Source: Blepharisma stoltei ATCC 30299 (taxonomy: Eukaryota > Protista > Ciliophora). Taken from it: DNA of 64,000 nt. The notes beneath the pieces are model-generated. The model saw nothing but the letters and a program-made list of their open reading frames with translations, was not told where the DNA came from and searched no databases. Numbering within the stretch: the stretch's first letter is position 1; every line of letters starts with the position of its first letter. The stretch lies in the NCBI GenBank assembly GCA_965603825.1, contig CBFDEM010000058.1, positions 434,001 to 498,000 of the forward strand. Reading direction: 5' to 3'. This document shows positions 36,234 to 50,472 of the stretch, piece by piece. The translations under genes and the position numbers were made by a program.

Positions 36234-38822
36234 TTATGAGTACAAAAACATAGATAATAATTGATTTCTTTGGGTTGGCAAAATTTTCACACTTGGATTA
36301 TATTCGCCTGCATTTTCCATCTCCATAAAATGAGTTATCGGCTCAGTAAACAGTTTAGCTAAAAACACAGCTGTGAGTCCATTGTATAAACTGTTATCTA
36401 TATAATTTTTCAAAAAATCTATAATATACAAAAAATTTTTCATTGATATTTGGTCTAAATTATTCACCAAATAGTTTCTTGCTGCAGGAAACGAATTTGT
36501 TTGGAAAATCTGGCAAGCTTCTGAAACTAAGTCAGGTAAAAGTAGAGGCTGCTCCAAACAGTCTAAAAATTCTAATAATATATTCGACATAGAAAAAATA
36601 TCTGCATCTTCTCTAAATGGGTCTCCAGTATCAAGCGCTCATCGAATATCTTTTTTTATTTCAGTATCCCCAGCTTCTTGGAAAATCCCTTTTTCGCGAT
36701 ATCCTTTTGATTTCAAAAAATCAACCATTCTTGCTAATTCTTTTGGTATTTCCATAGCTGCTGTTGATTTGTCTGCAAAAGTTGACAGCTTTTCGCTCAG
36801 TGATGCTATTGGCTGTGGAATTTTTATAAGATTTTGGATACTCGCTCCAAAGCAAGAACCGTTAATTTTGCATTGAATTTCTATAAAAAAATCAGATCCT
36901 CCTTTGACTCCTAAAACAAAAATGCAATTAGTGTACTCTGGATTTTTATTTAATTTTCGCGCCTGATTTTTTCCAAAATAAACGTTCAGTTTAAGCTCTT
37001 TTATTTGACGAGAAATTAAAGTACCTTCTTCTGGCTCAACAGCAAGCCAGCTTTTATGGAGACCCAAGTCTCGATTATGCTTTACCTCAAATTTCAAAAT
37101 GTTTGCTCCTACATTTTCTAAAGTCAACACTTTTGTAAGTAAAGTTTTATAACGGACTCCAGTAATTTCGACAAAATTTTCTGAAATTTTCAGCTTGGGC
37201 ATGCTCTCATGGTGCATGTCATCAACAGTTTTATAGACTTCACTTTTTACTTGTTCGAATAGCAAAGGGTCTGTATGCTTTGCTGGCACCATAAAACTGC
37301 TAAATACTGGCTTATGATCGCTTTGGATTATATAATTGCAAATCCCATATCGCATTAAAAAAGCTTCACCTCTTCACAATATCCGATCACATCAAGCAGG
37401 GTCTCTTTTATTGCTCGTATTAAATTGATTAGTCGTGCCAATCCGATATTTAAAACTTGGCATAAAGTCAATTTTTCCTTCATGAAATTCAGCTAATATA
37501 TCATTTTCTCTTTTTTCTATATTTAGCTGATCATATTCTAGTAGTTCAGAAAAATGCTTCGCATTAATTTTATTGATAATGCTGTCAGTTGACAAATTAT
37601 TAAGTCGATAATTTAAATCACCCGCTCAAAAAATAAAATCATGCTCATACACATTCCTGAATTCTTTACTACTCAATACAAATTTTCCTTCTTTCGATAT
37701 TGTTTTTATTTGTTCATTCCTAAGCTTGGCTTGATTTTTATGTGCTGCAAGGTGGCAATTAATTATACATACGCTTGACTCAAATAAGTCAAATCTCATA
37801 CAGATCGCGCCTTTATTCCCAACATATCCCTTAAATCCTAATTTTACACATGACGTTTTTATTTCATTAATATAATCCCTCATGCTGAATTTTACAAAAA
37901 TCATTGTTAAAAGACCCATCAGATGTTCGTCTCCTACCTAAATATCTCTTACTATTGTATACTGATTCCCTGGAAATGAGTCATTAATCTGATTGCAAAT
38001 ATGAGACATCCAATTCCTCATTCTTACATCGTCGCCTACAATGTTTTTTGGGCTGAGTTCACACATTTCTTGCAAACAAATTACAATCATGTCAGGGGAT
38101 TGTTCAGGCTCCAAATACACATCATTTTGGCAGCAGAACCACAAAAATAAATCTTCGCTTGGTCCTTTTCCAGCTGTATTCCAAGTCCCTATAATCATTT
38201 TTATATCCCTGATTTCTGTATATTCAGTTTCCCTTATCTTTAACTGGTCTTTTATATAAGCATTCATCATGTCTTTCCCATAATGTTCTGGAAGCAGCAC
38301 ATTTGATATTTTTTGTGTGGAGTTATTTTCTGTGTTGTACTCGATAGATCTTACTTGTATAGGAATCGCTGACTCATAGTACCACATCCATTTATGTGAG
38401 TTGGATAGTGCATGGAATGGCTCTCTTTGATATCTTGATACCTCTTCTATATGCTTTATAAGCGTATTGATTAATTTTTTATTATTTGTAGTGATATTTC
38501 AGAGAGTTGTATCGTAAGTCAGCCAGCGAAATAAAAATCCATCTGATTTTTGAATTATTTGGATTTCTTTTGTGAGAGGAAGCACTATCAGAAGTTCAAG
38601 TCCTCCGCTGAGAGAAAAGATTTTTCGAGGACGGAATAAGAAAATTCTGAATAAAAATTACGCTTGTTCATATGGGCAGGATTTATTTGATACTAATGCA
38701 AAAAAGCATTCCTTGGGGTTTCCTTTGTATTGAGTTGTGACTATTTCAAGCTATTTTGAAAATACTTTTAATAAGTTTTCTGAATTCCTAAGCTTGTTCT
38801 GAACCGTCTTGACTGGGTTCAT
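36234..38822 (-). CDS. OCRL: OCRL/INPP5B-like inositol polyphosphate 5-phosphatase with ASH and RhoGAP-like domains
   Basis: GTWN, CLQE, GNKG, CHLAAH, F-W-AGDLNYR, PA-W-CDRIL-W, SDHKPV, SCFG and IPKEL motifs; introns 38751-38765, 38647-38661 and 37938-37952. Confidence 0.9.
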
Positions 38823-39206
38823 GTTAGCTTTTTGAGATAAATATTAAAATGTGTAGTGAAGTTTTTCATTAAAAGGGTTTTTTATAGTGAAGAATAGAAG
38901 AATAAGATGTTAATATAAGATTTAATTAATCATAAGATTAAAAATATATGCTATTAAAATAATAAAATAACTGAGTATGAAGAAATCTCAGAAAATTTAC
39001 CTGCGTTTAGTCAGAAAATTCGAAATATTTCTAGGAAAATAAACTTTCATATAGAGAAATATTAATTGGGTTTCAAACAGATTTTACTTTTAAATAATTT
39101 GCGCCGACGATTAATATAATTATTTACACTAAGTCAGCATAGCAAAGCGCTTTTATAATTAATTTTAACTTTGATTTAGCCAAATTTTGAATTATTTTCA
39201 TTCAAA

Positions 39207-40385
39207 ATGGCACAGTCAAATCCACTTCTGCGAAGATCAAAACTTCCTCCTATCAGCGGGCAAGCTACAACAGGTGACATTCAAGATCGATTAAAAACAA
39301 TGCAAAACCCTGCAGCGTTACTGCTATCATATGCAAAACTAAATGGGCAAAATATAACCTTAAATCGCCCTAGACAAACCAAAACATCCGCGCCAGTTCA
39401 TATCGCAATTTCCCAAGATGACCAATTGCCTACTGATTTCGTAGAGGGCAAAGAGCCATACGAAAATATTGCATTTGCTCCTTTAAACCAAGACCCTGAA
39501 GGAATTTATACATTCGTGGAAAGTAATTTCTATTCAGATTTGAAAACTGGGAATTTTAGAAGATTTTTTAACAATAATTTAGTAATAAAAGAAGCAAAAC
39601 CTGTTTACACTTCGGTTTCTGAAGAAGAAAAAGAAGCTAGCGTATATATGAAGTTGGAAGATTTAAGTTTTTTTATTCATAGATTTTTTCTGTTTCTTCA
39701 AGGTATATGTGGAGGTCTAGGAATAGTTCATATATATTTGCTGCTATCTAATTTTGATGATATCGAATTTTTGGATTTTTATGCGCAACATGCAGTACCA
39801 ATTGGAACACTATTTCATATTGTAGTGTTTTTATCATTAGTCGGAGCAATTCATAGGGTGATTTCAGAAAAAAACCACTGTAAACAATATTTAGACACTG
39901 TAATCTCAAGAACTGAAGTAGACTACGACACGAGTAAGCATAGGATGCCATATTATATAGCTATGGTTTGCACAATTTGCTATGCAATTGCTTATATTTT
40001 TGTCACAGCTTGTGCAGCATTTGCCTCAAGGATGTATTTTAATGATAAAAATTACCAGCATGCTTGGAAATCTAATGTAGATTCGAGCATTTCAGATGGA
40101 CTTAAAAGCTGAAGATGGCTAATGATAATTGCAGACGCTTTAATAATTCTTGCATGGATTATTTGGTCAATGCAAAGCAATTGGAACATTGGTACACTAT
40201 ATAGGATGGAACTTGAAGCGCTGAAACGAAAAGAAGAAGCCACGGTTGTCAGCTATTTACAAAAGATTTATCGTCATTTATTTTATGGAAATCCATATTT
40301 GCCTTCTGGAGTTTATACTATTAATGATACCAAAGAGGAGAGCCCAACAAAAGAAAAGGCTGAAAAGGAAATTAAAAAATTATAA
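39207..40385 (+). CDS. four-TM protein, TMEM237-like (ciliary transition zone)
   Basis: Hydrophilic N-terminus, 'FLFLQGICGG' helix and four TM segments; TGA 40110 joins the ORFs. Confidence 0.65.
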
Positions 40386-40699
40386 TTATATAAAATCGTA
40401 TAATTAAAAATCTGCTTTTAATAATGATTTATAAATTTTATTTAAAGTATTATTATCTCGATCTAAATTTCTAATTAATTCGTTAGTCTATTACAAATTA
40501 TTTTGTTCTTGAGAATTATTGCAACCTTTAGATTTTATCTTAAGAAATAAGTAATGGATATTTATTTATATTTTATCAGGCTTTAAATATGCACTCAACA
40601 CCCTAAATTCTTAAGCTGCTAATTAATTCAGTGTGCATTTGCATATAATTAGCCTCCAATTTCAAGAAAATTTGTATATTCTTGAATATTTTATAATAA

Positions 40700-41533
40700 A
40701 TGGAGAGTTCTCGGGTCCGTGCTGTTCTATTCAAGAATGAGCAGCATCCAACTGATGCGCATCAAATCCTAATTAGCCCTAACATAACTAAAGAAGAGCT
40801 TTTACATTTAGCTTCTGAACAGCTCGGAATTTCAGCGAAAAAAATCTTTTCTGAAACAGGGCTCCTTTTAAACTCGCTCAACTCTATATCAGATGGCACA
40901 ACGTTTTACATCTCTCAAGGTGAAAATTTCCAAGTAAAATCATCCTCAAGCCCACAAAAAACTAGCAAAAAATATGTGATTTGTTTATTAGGTGCAGCGG
41001 CTGTAGGAAAATCAGCGATAACTTTGAGATATGTGTCTAATAAATTTGTAAGGGACTATGATCCAACAATTGAGGACTATTATACCAAAAATGTGGTAAT
41101 TGATAATGAGCCAACAGTGATATCAATTTTAGATACTGCAGGCATGGAAGATTACTCACCTTTAGTTGATGACTGGATTGATAATAAAGACGGATTTATT
41201 TTGGTATACTCAGTAGAGCTGCCTGATTCACTAACAAGATTGAGATTTTTTAGAGATAAAATATTGCATAGATATCAGCGTCAAGGAAATAAAGGACCTG
41301 TCACAGTTATGGCAGCAAATAAAATAGATATTCCTAATAGAAATGTATCAGCTGAAGAAGGAAGAAAGGTGGCTGAAGAACTTGATATGAAGCAGTTTGA
41401 AGTGTCCGCTGCTACTGGGCAAGGAATCGATGACGTATTTGCTGATATAATAAGAGTGCTTAGATCAAGAAGAGTTGTGCAAAAAAAAGAAAATAAAGAA
41501 TCCTGGTTTAAAAAAGCATGCAGCCTTCTTTAG
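40700..41533 (+). CDS. Ras-family GTPase fused to an N-terminal KHA/doublecortin-like domain; CAAX (CSLL)
   Basis: GAAAVGKS, YDPTIED, DTAG, NKID and EVSA motifs; N-terminal ELL..AS..LG..AKKIF...G...I.DG...YISQGE.F. Confidence 0.88.
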   Translation: MESSRVRAVLFKNEQHPTDAHQILISPNITKEELLHLASEQLGISAKKIFSETGLLLNSLNSISDGTTFYISQGENFQVKSSSSPQKTSKKYVICLLGAAAVGKSAITLRYVSNKFVRDYDPTIEDYYTKNVVIDNEPTVISILDTAGMEDYSPLVDDWIDNKDGFILVYSVELPDSLTRLRFFRDKILHRYQRQGNKGPVTVMAANKIDIPNRNVSAEEGRKVAEELDMKQFEVSAATGQGIDDVFADIIRVLRSRRVVQKKENKESWFKKACSLL

Positions 41534-42125
41534 ATATAAAAGTTAAAAAAATTACTCAAATTTAAATTATGGTGTATCGGAAAAAATTAATATTTTATTC
41601 TTGATTTACTTCATTTATTTTTAATATAGGAAAAGCTTAGTTCTAATAACAATTTTGATAATTATGCTTTTGGCTACTTTCAATAGTGATAAGAAAATTG
41701 ACCTCAAAAAATTATATTTAAAAGAATAAATCGAGCAATGTCGCAATTTTTTTATTTGAAAGTATAAATAAATATCATTAATGGTATAAGCACACCAGCA
41801 TTTTTAAATACTAAAATTTTTATAAGTAAACTTGTCTTTATTAAATTAAATTTTCAAATGTATAATAATATCTATTATATTAATTTCTTAATCTTTTTCT
41901 TAAAGGGATCTATCTTCATGCATTCTCTATAAATGGAACTAATTTTAAATAAAAAGGAAAAGTTCAATTTTAAATTTATATAGGATTGACTGGACATTTT
42001 TCATTTTTATAAGCCCAAATTTGTAATAATAAAATAGATTATGCAATTTCGATTAACATAAAAAACTGGGATTGGCTATTTTAGCGCTTCAAATTTAAAT
42101 AACTTAAATTAAGTTATCATTAAAA

Positions 42126-42599
42126 CTATCTGAATTTGACATTTTGATACTTACGAATAATTTGGTTGCAGGTTTTCATATGAGTACTCAGTGCGTATTT
42201 TATTTTAAATTTTTTTCCACAATAGTCACATGCGAAAGGCTTTTTCCCTAGGTCATGCATTTTCCCATTATGCTGCTTGAGACCTCTATAAGAAATAAAG
42301 CTTCTTTGGCATTCTTCACATGCGTATTTCATGCTTCCAGATGATTCTATTTCTGATTCATCAAGGCTTGAGTCCAGCTGGTTTTCGATTCCTTTCTCTT
42401 CTTTTTTTGTCATGTCTATAGACTTTTCATTAATGTGATACCCAAGCTCTCTATGCGACCCGAAGGATAAAATGCAATGGGGACATGGGTATAAAGAAGA
42501 AGCTTGCTTAAATGAAGCATTCAAAGTTAGCGGTTCTGGCAGTTCTGCTTGTCTATCGATGCCTATGGCGTTTGAGTCGTTTTCCATATTTATGGCCAT
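42126..42599 (-). CDS. C2H2 zinc-finger protein
   Basis: Three CxxC..F.....L..H fingers, with a KPF.C linker. Confidence 0.85.
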   Translation of the reverse strand: MAINMENDSNAIGIDRQAELPEPLTLNASFKQASSLYPCPHCILSFGSHRELGYHINEKSIDMTKKEEKGIENQLDSSLDESEIESSGSMKYACEECQRSFISYRGLKQHNGKMHDLGKKPFACDYCGKKFKIKYALSTHMKTCNQIIRKYQNVKFR

Positions 42600-43591
42600 T
42601 TACTTTATGTTTTTAGTTAATATTAGTTTTTCATAGCTGACCTGAAATGAGTTAATTTTTAAATAAAAAATCCATAAGAATCCCTAAAAATATTTAAAAT
42701 TTTGTATTTACCAATAGAAAATAGTGGACTTATAAAGATGCTAGTTTACTGAAGAAAATCTATTTCTTTTTCATCATTTGCAAACTGCAAAAATTTTAAA
42801 ATTGAAAAACAAAGCAATATTCTTATTTTGTAATACAAAAGAAGAATAAAACATTTCTAATAAATTTCCAGTTGAAATCTATGTTAATCAGACAATTTAG
42901 AGGCTTTGTTGCATCTATATTGATACTTGTTATATATATGATTTAATATTTATTTCAATTGCAATAGTTTATTAAAGGAAGTAAGAATTTGAATAATTTG
43001 ATAGAGTAATAATTCACATTGTAAAATTCAAAGTAATTAAAAAGTGAAACGAGTCAATGTTGAATTTTATTTAATATGATAAATATCTTTTATTGGGACA
43101 TATAAGCTAGTTAATTTATAAAGGTTAATTTTTACTTTAAAGTTAATCCAAATAATGAAAAAATATAAAAAAGACTCAATTAGCAAATTGATATAAACTG
43201 TAAAAAATGCTAATTTCTTTTATATAGAGAGAATCTAATGCTGTCAATACTTTGAAAAATATATTATTTGTGCTGCTTCAATATAGCACGATAGTTGAGA
43301 ACTTATAATACCAAAATATTACTCTTTTACTATGAGATAATAAAGTTGTATTAAGGCTAACTTAATTATAATTTTAAAGCTATAATACTTTTACCAAATT
43401 TTAGGGAGAATTTTTTATGGCTTCAAAATTCGCTTTAGATAATATGAAAAATATGCTTTTTAATTTTTATAATGTAAAAACAACTATCGTTACCCTCAAA
43501 GAATACTTGAAAAATTTTCATTAAAGTAATAGCTGCTTTCTTATAATTATATCAGCTTATGGCCATTATTATAACTAAAACTTTTATATTT

Positions 43592-46500
43592 TTAAAGATT
43601 TAAAATTTCATCAAGCACATAAAGTGTAATTTTTTTATTCCTATCCACAATTTCTTTATGAACATCAAACGTATATGGGCATTGCGGATTCTTCTGAAGA
43701 AGATTTTTTGCATACTCACTCACCACAATTTTTCCAGGAATCCCATTACTTTCACATTTATTTGCAATCAGCACATCTCGTCCATAAATATCATACCTCA
43801 CAATTTTTGTCCCAGCTACCCCTCCTATAACATTCCCAGAATGTATCCCAATTCTCATACACAAATGTGTAAAATATTCACTATTAATATCTTCTATAAC
43901 CCTCAGCATAGCTTCTGCAAATTTCATGATATTTAAGCACTCTACAGCTGGATTTCTATTGTTATCTTCAGTAAATCCAATGGCTACATAGCAATCTCCA
44001 ATAGTGTGAACTTTATATACATGGTGCTCTACACAAATCCTGTCAAATCTTGTGAAAAACTCATGAAGCATCCCTACAATTTGCTCAGGACTTTTGGAAG
44101 CAGATCATAAAGTATAGCCGACAATATCAGCATATAAAATTGTGACGTCAGATAAAGAGTCAGTTATAGTGTTTTCTTCTTTTAAATTGAAATAGACGTG
44201 AGATGGCATCATTTCTGTAAGAAGGTTCTCAGTTTTTTTACTTTCTTTGTGGGCTGCCTTTCTAAGAGCATATGATACTCTAAGTTTTTTTTCTCGATAA
44301 TAAATAGAATATGTCATAATTACAAACAGAATTAAGGACAAAGAAGCGATTTCTGCAGTATTGAATTTCATAAAAATTAGTACAATAAGCATCCAGAGGA
44401 TAGAGACAATAGAAATAGTTACGGTAATGTGTTTTAAAAATGATTCTGAGCAGTGTGTAAGATACAAAGCATGGAGAACCATTTTACCAAATTCTATATA
44501 ATTATCATAGGTCCAGTCTTCAGTTCTGGTTAAAACCATAAGGATTCCCATTCCTACAGCAAAAATTCACTGCAAAATTCACCCAGTTATGATATTTTGT
44601 TTTTCTTTTTTAACCAATTTTATCATCAATAGAAACAGCAAAAATTCAATGAATAGACTGCCAAGTGAAACGCTTCGATAAGGCGTTGTTTTATCATCAT
44701 TTATAAGAAACCTTGCAAGACTTAAAGCTGTAGCCACAGCAAAAAATATAGCTCCAATGATCAATCCATAAAAAACAATAGGAAAATTGCAGCTGATAAA
44801 ATATTCTCTGAATTTCTGGTCTTTTAGCTTTTCTTTGCACCTAAAGGAAATAAATCTGACTTTTTCTATTTTTGGGGTATTTGATCTTTTGAAAACTTCA
44901 TCTACATTTTCTAAGTCAAGAGTTTCCAAAAACAATGACTTTCGTCTTTCTCCCGAAATTATATGATGGCTTGTTTCAAAATAATAACTTGATTTCGACA
45001 TTGAAATCGTCGAAAGTCTTCCTCCTTCCATACTCAATGTAGATTTCTTAATGGTCATTGTCTCTTTGTCACCCAGCACAGCTTCTTTAACTAGCTTTGT
45101 CTCCATCGTCCCTTTGCCCTTAACCTCAACTGTTTTGTTTTCAAAAGTCAATCCTTCTTTAGAATCTATCAGCTCAAAAGTTTCATTGGAAATTTGGATG
45201 CAGCTTGAGTCCTGCAAAGTTGAAGCCATTCGACTTGCAGTGTTTACAGTATCTCCTACAAGTGAAAACTGTGGCTTATGAAACCCTACAACTCCAGCTG
45301 TGACTGGACCACTGTTAATTCCAATTTTTAATTTTAGCTGAGTGTCGTCATTTATAAAAATTTCTTCTGCTGCTTTTAGCATCCCAAGTCCAAGCTCTAT
45401 TGCTCTCCTTGCGTGAGAAACGCTTGCAAATACTGGATCTGACTCAGGCTCAGAATCTTTTAGACCTGCACAAGCCATATACGTTTTTCCAACGGTCTCT
45501 ATTTTCGTGACTCCAAATTCATCACATAATTGATCAAATTTTCTGAAAATCCCATCCAAGAATTCTATAAGTTCTTGAGGAGTGAATCTTGAGATAATAG
45601 CTTCAAAATCACATATGTCACAAAATAGCACAGAAACAGTCCCTTGGTTTTCCGCAATATATCTGGCTCCATCTTTTACTCTTTTTCTCACAAAAGCTGG
45701 GAGCAAGAAATTTAGGACGCTCATTGATTTTTCTACTTCTTGTTTATCATGCTGAATTCTTGCAAATTCTTCTCGTCGTGATTTTTCTATGACGTAGCTT
45801 ATAAGTGTTGTGACAGAGATTACTGATAAATATACAAAAATGTATTCGATTATATAGAGAACTTGATTATCATAGCTGATTTGGCTACTTTGGGTAATTT
45901 TTTCGATGATAATTGGAATTGTAATACTAAAATGAACGATTGTTAAAGCCACAAGATAAAACCACAATGTGCAGAAACCTAATAGAATAATAACAGGTAA
46001 TGATAAAACTGAGCTTATGGTTAGCCAGTCAAAAGTATAATATTCTATTACAGTTGCTGCTATATTCACTATATATACAGAAAGTAGCAGTTTTTTTTGG
46101 TATTTTTTAAATAGTGATTTTCATGTCAAAATAAAAAGGCTGAGATGATATAAGCCAAAAATTGTATTAAAAATTAGAGCTCCTAGCTCATCATAGTAAA
46201 TTAGTGAAAAGATGAACATGATAATATATCTTGATAGAAACAGCAAAATTAAGGCTCTATATTGGTTAATGTTTTCTCTGAGCTGCTCTCCCTGATATTC
46301 AAGTTCTCTTACAGGTGATATAAATAGCAATCTCCACTTATTTAAATCATACCTATCCAATCTTTTCTGCTCTTTTCATTTATCAGTTACTCTATACAGC
46401 TCGTGAATCTTATCTTTATATTTTTCCAGTCTTGAAATCACAGCAACTTGGTAAATTTTATTGGCTAGGGCTCTCATTAAATGAATGGTATTTGGGTCGA

Positions 46501-49500
46501 AATTTATATTGGCCACTCTTGCTGAGTAGCTCAATACAAAGCATATGCATGGTACCAGCAATATTTGAGCATAACTTCTTGGGCAGCTATTAATCATTTC
46601 CGCTCCCATAAAACTTGAGTTTTCATCGTTATCTGAAACTCCTTGAATATAGCCAAATGCTATTAAAATTGATATCGCAATAGAAGCCATTGTGTATTTA
46701 TTGAAAGAGTTCACTTGCAGTATAATTGTTATCATAGAAACCATATACCATTCAATAAAAGCCAATATTCCTATATAAGTAAAATTCTCAGTATATCCTG
46801 AAGAATTGATAGTTGAGCTGACTCCGAAATATAGGAATATGAATAAAATAAAAGCATGCGATACCCCTTCAAAAGCAAAATAAGTTAACTTCTTAAAGGT
46901 AAAAATTTCTTTTTTAATTCCTACATCATAAGATTCTGGATGCATTGTGATTTCGGCCTTCGAAATATCCTCGTCGAAAACTCCTATTGCCATAATGGGG
47001 AGCAGTGTCAATAAAAAATCCAAAATAAGGATGTACTGACTATCAATTAGACTAATCCCTGAAAATCCTACGCTAGTATTGTAGAAAAACAGTAGGCAAA
47101 CGAGAAGAATATCTCTATATATTATAAGAAACATAACTGACGCTATTCTCGTATAACAATAATGACCTTCAAATAGTAAAAGATGCTTCAATTGGGAAAA
47201 ATCTCTTAGGCAAATACATCCAGATAAAGAAGCATCTGGACCTTCATTTCCTTCAATCCCAACTCCTATGTGTGACTCTTGAATCATTGCAGTATCGCTT
47301 GGCCCATCCCCAATTGCCATGATTGCTGGCTTAAACTGGAAATTCCCTTTAAGTAGCCTAACGAGCTTAATTTTTTGATCAGTCGTAATCGAACTAAAAA
47401 TGACTGTTTTTGCAGCAAAAAGCAAAGCTACTAAATATCTTCTGCTTTCTTCTGTGTTAAAAGCAAATTGCAAGCCACTTCTATCGATTGATAATACATA
47501 AGACACGGTATCTGGATCAAATGAATATTTCAGTACATCCTCTAAAACTACATTTGGCACCAATTCAGACATTAGTGGGTGTATAGATCTTCTTTGAAAT
47601 GGCATATTAAAGCTTTTTTTGACTGGAGAGTCACAATAAGGGGATAATCCATTCACTTCGTCACGAAACATCATTAGCTCGCTTCTATTAGAAACGTTGT
47701 TCATTTCATCAGAATATTTCCTTTTTGGTGACATTATTGATTTATTAGGATTATCTGGAGACTCTCCTGTGTGATATATGAGCTGCTTGATATGATTTCT
47801 CATGATTCTAGTGCATTCCATCTGCGAAGTGACGCCTCGGATTCTTGCCATTTGAGTATGCTCTTCTGCAAGTCCAGATGAAATTGCAGCACAAATGGTG
47901 CTTTCTTCTGAATCTCCACTGGCTAGCCATATTTTAATTCCAGCTCTACTTAGAAGTTTCATGGTTTCTTTTGTTTCGTCTGACACTAGATCTTCTATTC
48001 CAACAATTCCGAGATATTTCATGCCTTTTTCATAGCGCTCGAAAACACGGTTCATCCTTCCTTCACTATTAACTGGAGAAAGCTTGGCATTTCCATAAGC
48101 AAATTTGAACTCATTAAGCTCTTTTGCGGTCAATATTCTATAGCCGAATAAAATTTGTTTTTTTCCTGAAAGACATTTCATGTAAGTGATAGACTCAACA
48201 TTGGAGTATTTATTTGAATCAACTGATAGCAGCCTGGCCATAGGATCTCTTGATCCGCGGATGTATAAAATAGCTTGGTCTGTGTCAGGGAATCTGATAA
48301 GGATTCTTATTCTTTTAGTTTCATGAGAAGGAGGTTGAAAAGCGACAACACTCAAATCAAGCTGCTTATCAAAATACAGCACTGATATTTTTCTATTTGA
48401 TCTTCTTATAAGCTGCATACCTGCTTTTTCACTAGTTCTCGCTAGTAATCTATCTTCATCTGACAAGGAAAAATATTCTCCATTTGATTTTGTCATAGTT
48501 TGATTGCAAATGGTCATATTTAACATAAAATGAAAAATGGGAGAAAACATTTCCGTTGACCTTAAATCATGCCTCAAGTTCAAAAAATGATTGTAATCTG
48601 AAGAGTTTTTTTTCATGTAGCTGTTTTCGCATTCGAAGCCTCTTGGAGTGCCCCGAGGAGTCGTGGGATAAGGATAAGAGTCAATGGTTTCTTCACTTTC
48701 ATTTATATACACATCATCTCCAACTACGCACACATTAGCTGTCAACAAATCTTTTGTTAAAGTTCCTGATTTATCAGCCAAAATGTATTCGACCTGTCCT
48801 AAATCTTCGTTAATGTTCCAAGTATGAAACCCAATATCTGTGTAATTGTGCTGGATTCTAAAAATTTGGAAAAATCTGATAATAATTAAACTCACAAAAA
48901 GCGAAATCGGTATGAGGTTGCTGAATAAAATTATTAAATTGCAAATGAGTTCTATTGCTGTGTCGTTATATTTTAAATCATAAAATAAAGTTCCCATCAG
49001 GGACGAAAATAATACAAGGAAAAATGCGAAAATTCAAAGGTAACGGATCCACTTCCCAAGCAATTTTTGACTAACCGAAAGTCGTCTGAATCTATTTCGC
49101 TTATGTGCCCAAGTTGTAGACTCAACACCTGTATAAATGATCATTCCTAAAATCCAATTGGTATTAACAATTCTGGTTCCGCTTTGCAGTAGGTTTTTAA
49201 TTGTAACTGGCGATGCTTTAGGGTTTGTGGTGAGTTTTAGAGATCCTTCGAAATTTTGGTTTTTATTAGCAGGCGACACTTTTATTGTGCCATTAATTTT
49301 GGTCAGTAAGGATACTGCGAGATTAATGTCGAGTTTGTCAAGAACTTCTTGAGAATCTTTGATCGATCGTTTGATCCTCAAGCTTTTTTCGCCATTTATT
49401 TTTGAAATATCTGTATAACAGATATGCTTCTTTGATCCTATGCTTAAGATCAGCATATCTGCTGGAACAGTTTCATTTTCGACAATGCACAAAATGTCGC

Positions 49501-49915
49501 CAACGCAAATATCCTTGCTTTTCTTTTCTGTTATGATATCTCCATTCCAGACTTTATAAAATTTATTATTCACTTCTTCATCATTTTTATATTTCCAGTG
49601 ATCGTTCAAAGCATCTTTTAAAAGGGTAAACAAAATTAATGTTAGAAATACACTGAAAATAAATCACTTATAAAGGAAATCAAAATTCAAAGGCATGAGT
49701 AGGATGACAAAAACCATCAGAAATCATAAATTGTAAGAATATTGCAATTGCTCAAATAAATTTTTGGGTATCAGATCTCACTTAGTGTACATAGAAGTCT
49801 TTATTAAGTTTGTGACATATAAATTGCTGGTTCGCGATAACCCTTCTATAAGTTGAATTGTTCGCCAAAGTTCTTTATCTTTTATTGAAGATCTACGCTT
49901 TGAGAAACTCGCCAT
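43592..49915 (-). CDS. P4-ATPase-like / guanylyl cyclase bifunctional protein (alveolate type), 2107 aa
   Basis: Single frame from ATG 49915 through TGA codons; N.IKTS.YT, PADM, IPISL, EDLGQVEY, DKSGTLT and AIGDG motifs; two TM blocks and two class III cyclase domains (KIETVGKTY/FSLVGDTVNTASRM; YADIVGYT/KVHTIGDCY). Confidence 0.95.
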
Positions 49916-50472
49916 AATGTATTTATAAACGAATAATTAAGTAATCTTGTCGTCACACTTTTTCAAATTAATGATTAATGAAATTTTTAGAGGCTGGGTA
50001 AGAGAAAATAGGAAGGATTTGTGTGAAAAAGGGGAAAAACTGGAGAAAAGGAAAGTTTTTGAAAGAGAGGCGAATAACTGGTCAATATGGATGTATAATT
50101 AGAGATTTGAAAAGAAGTGAAAAGATGAGATAATAAATAAGGAGAAGTAAAAATTTTGAAGCAAGAAATGATAAGGAGAGATAAAGAGAGATAAAGAGAG
50201 CGTCATTGATGGCTGATTGGAATGCAGATGAGAGTTCTTTGAGTAGATGTAGCAGTCAAACTGATAAAAATCAAACTATTGCTTTACGGTTTACTGCTTT
50301 GTTGAGTTTTTTAATTGCTATTAGCCTAGCAATACTGCCAGTTAAATATATATATGTCGATTTGAAATTATAGGTTCAATTATTTGCTATTCACAGCTAT
50401 TCCCACTGCAACCTAATTCTCTTTTCAGAGTTAAAATCATTACTTTAATATATTAAATATTTTTCACTAGAT

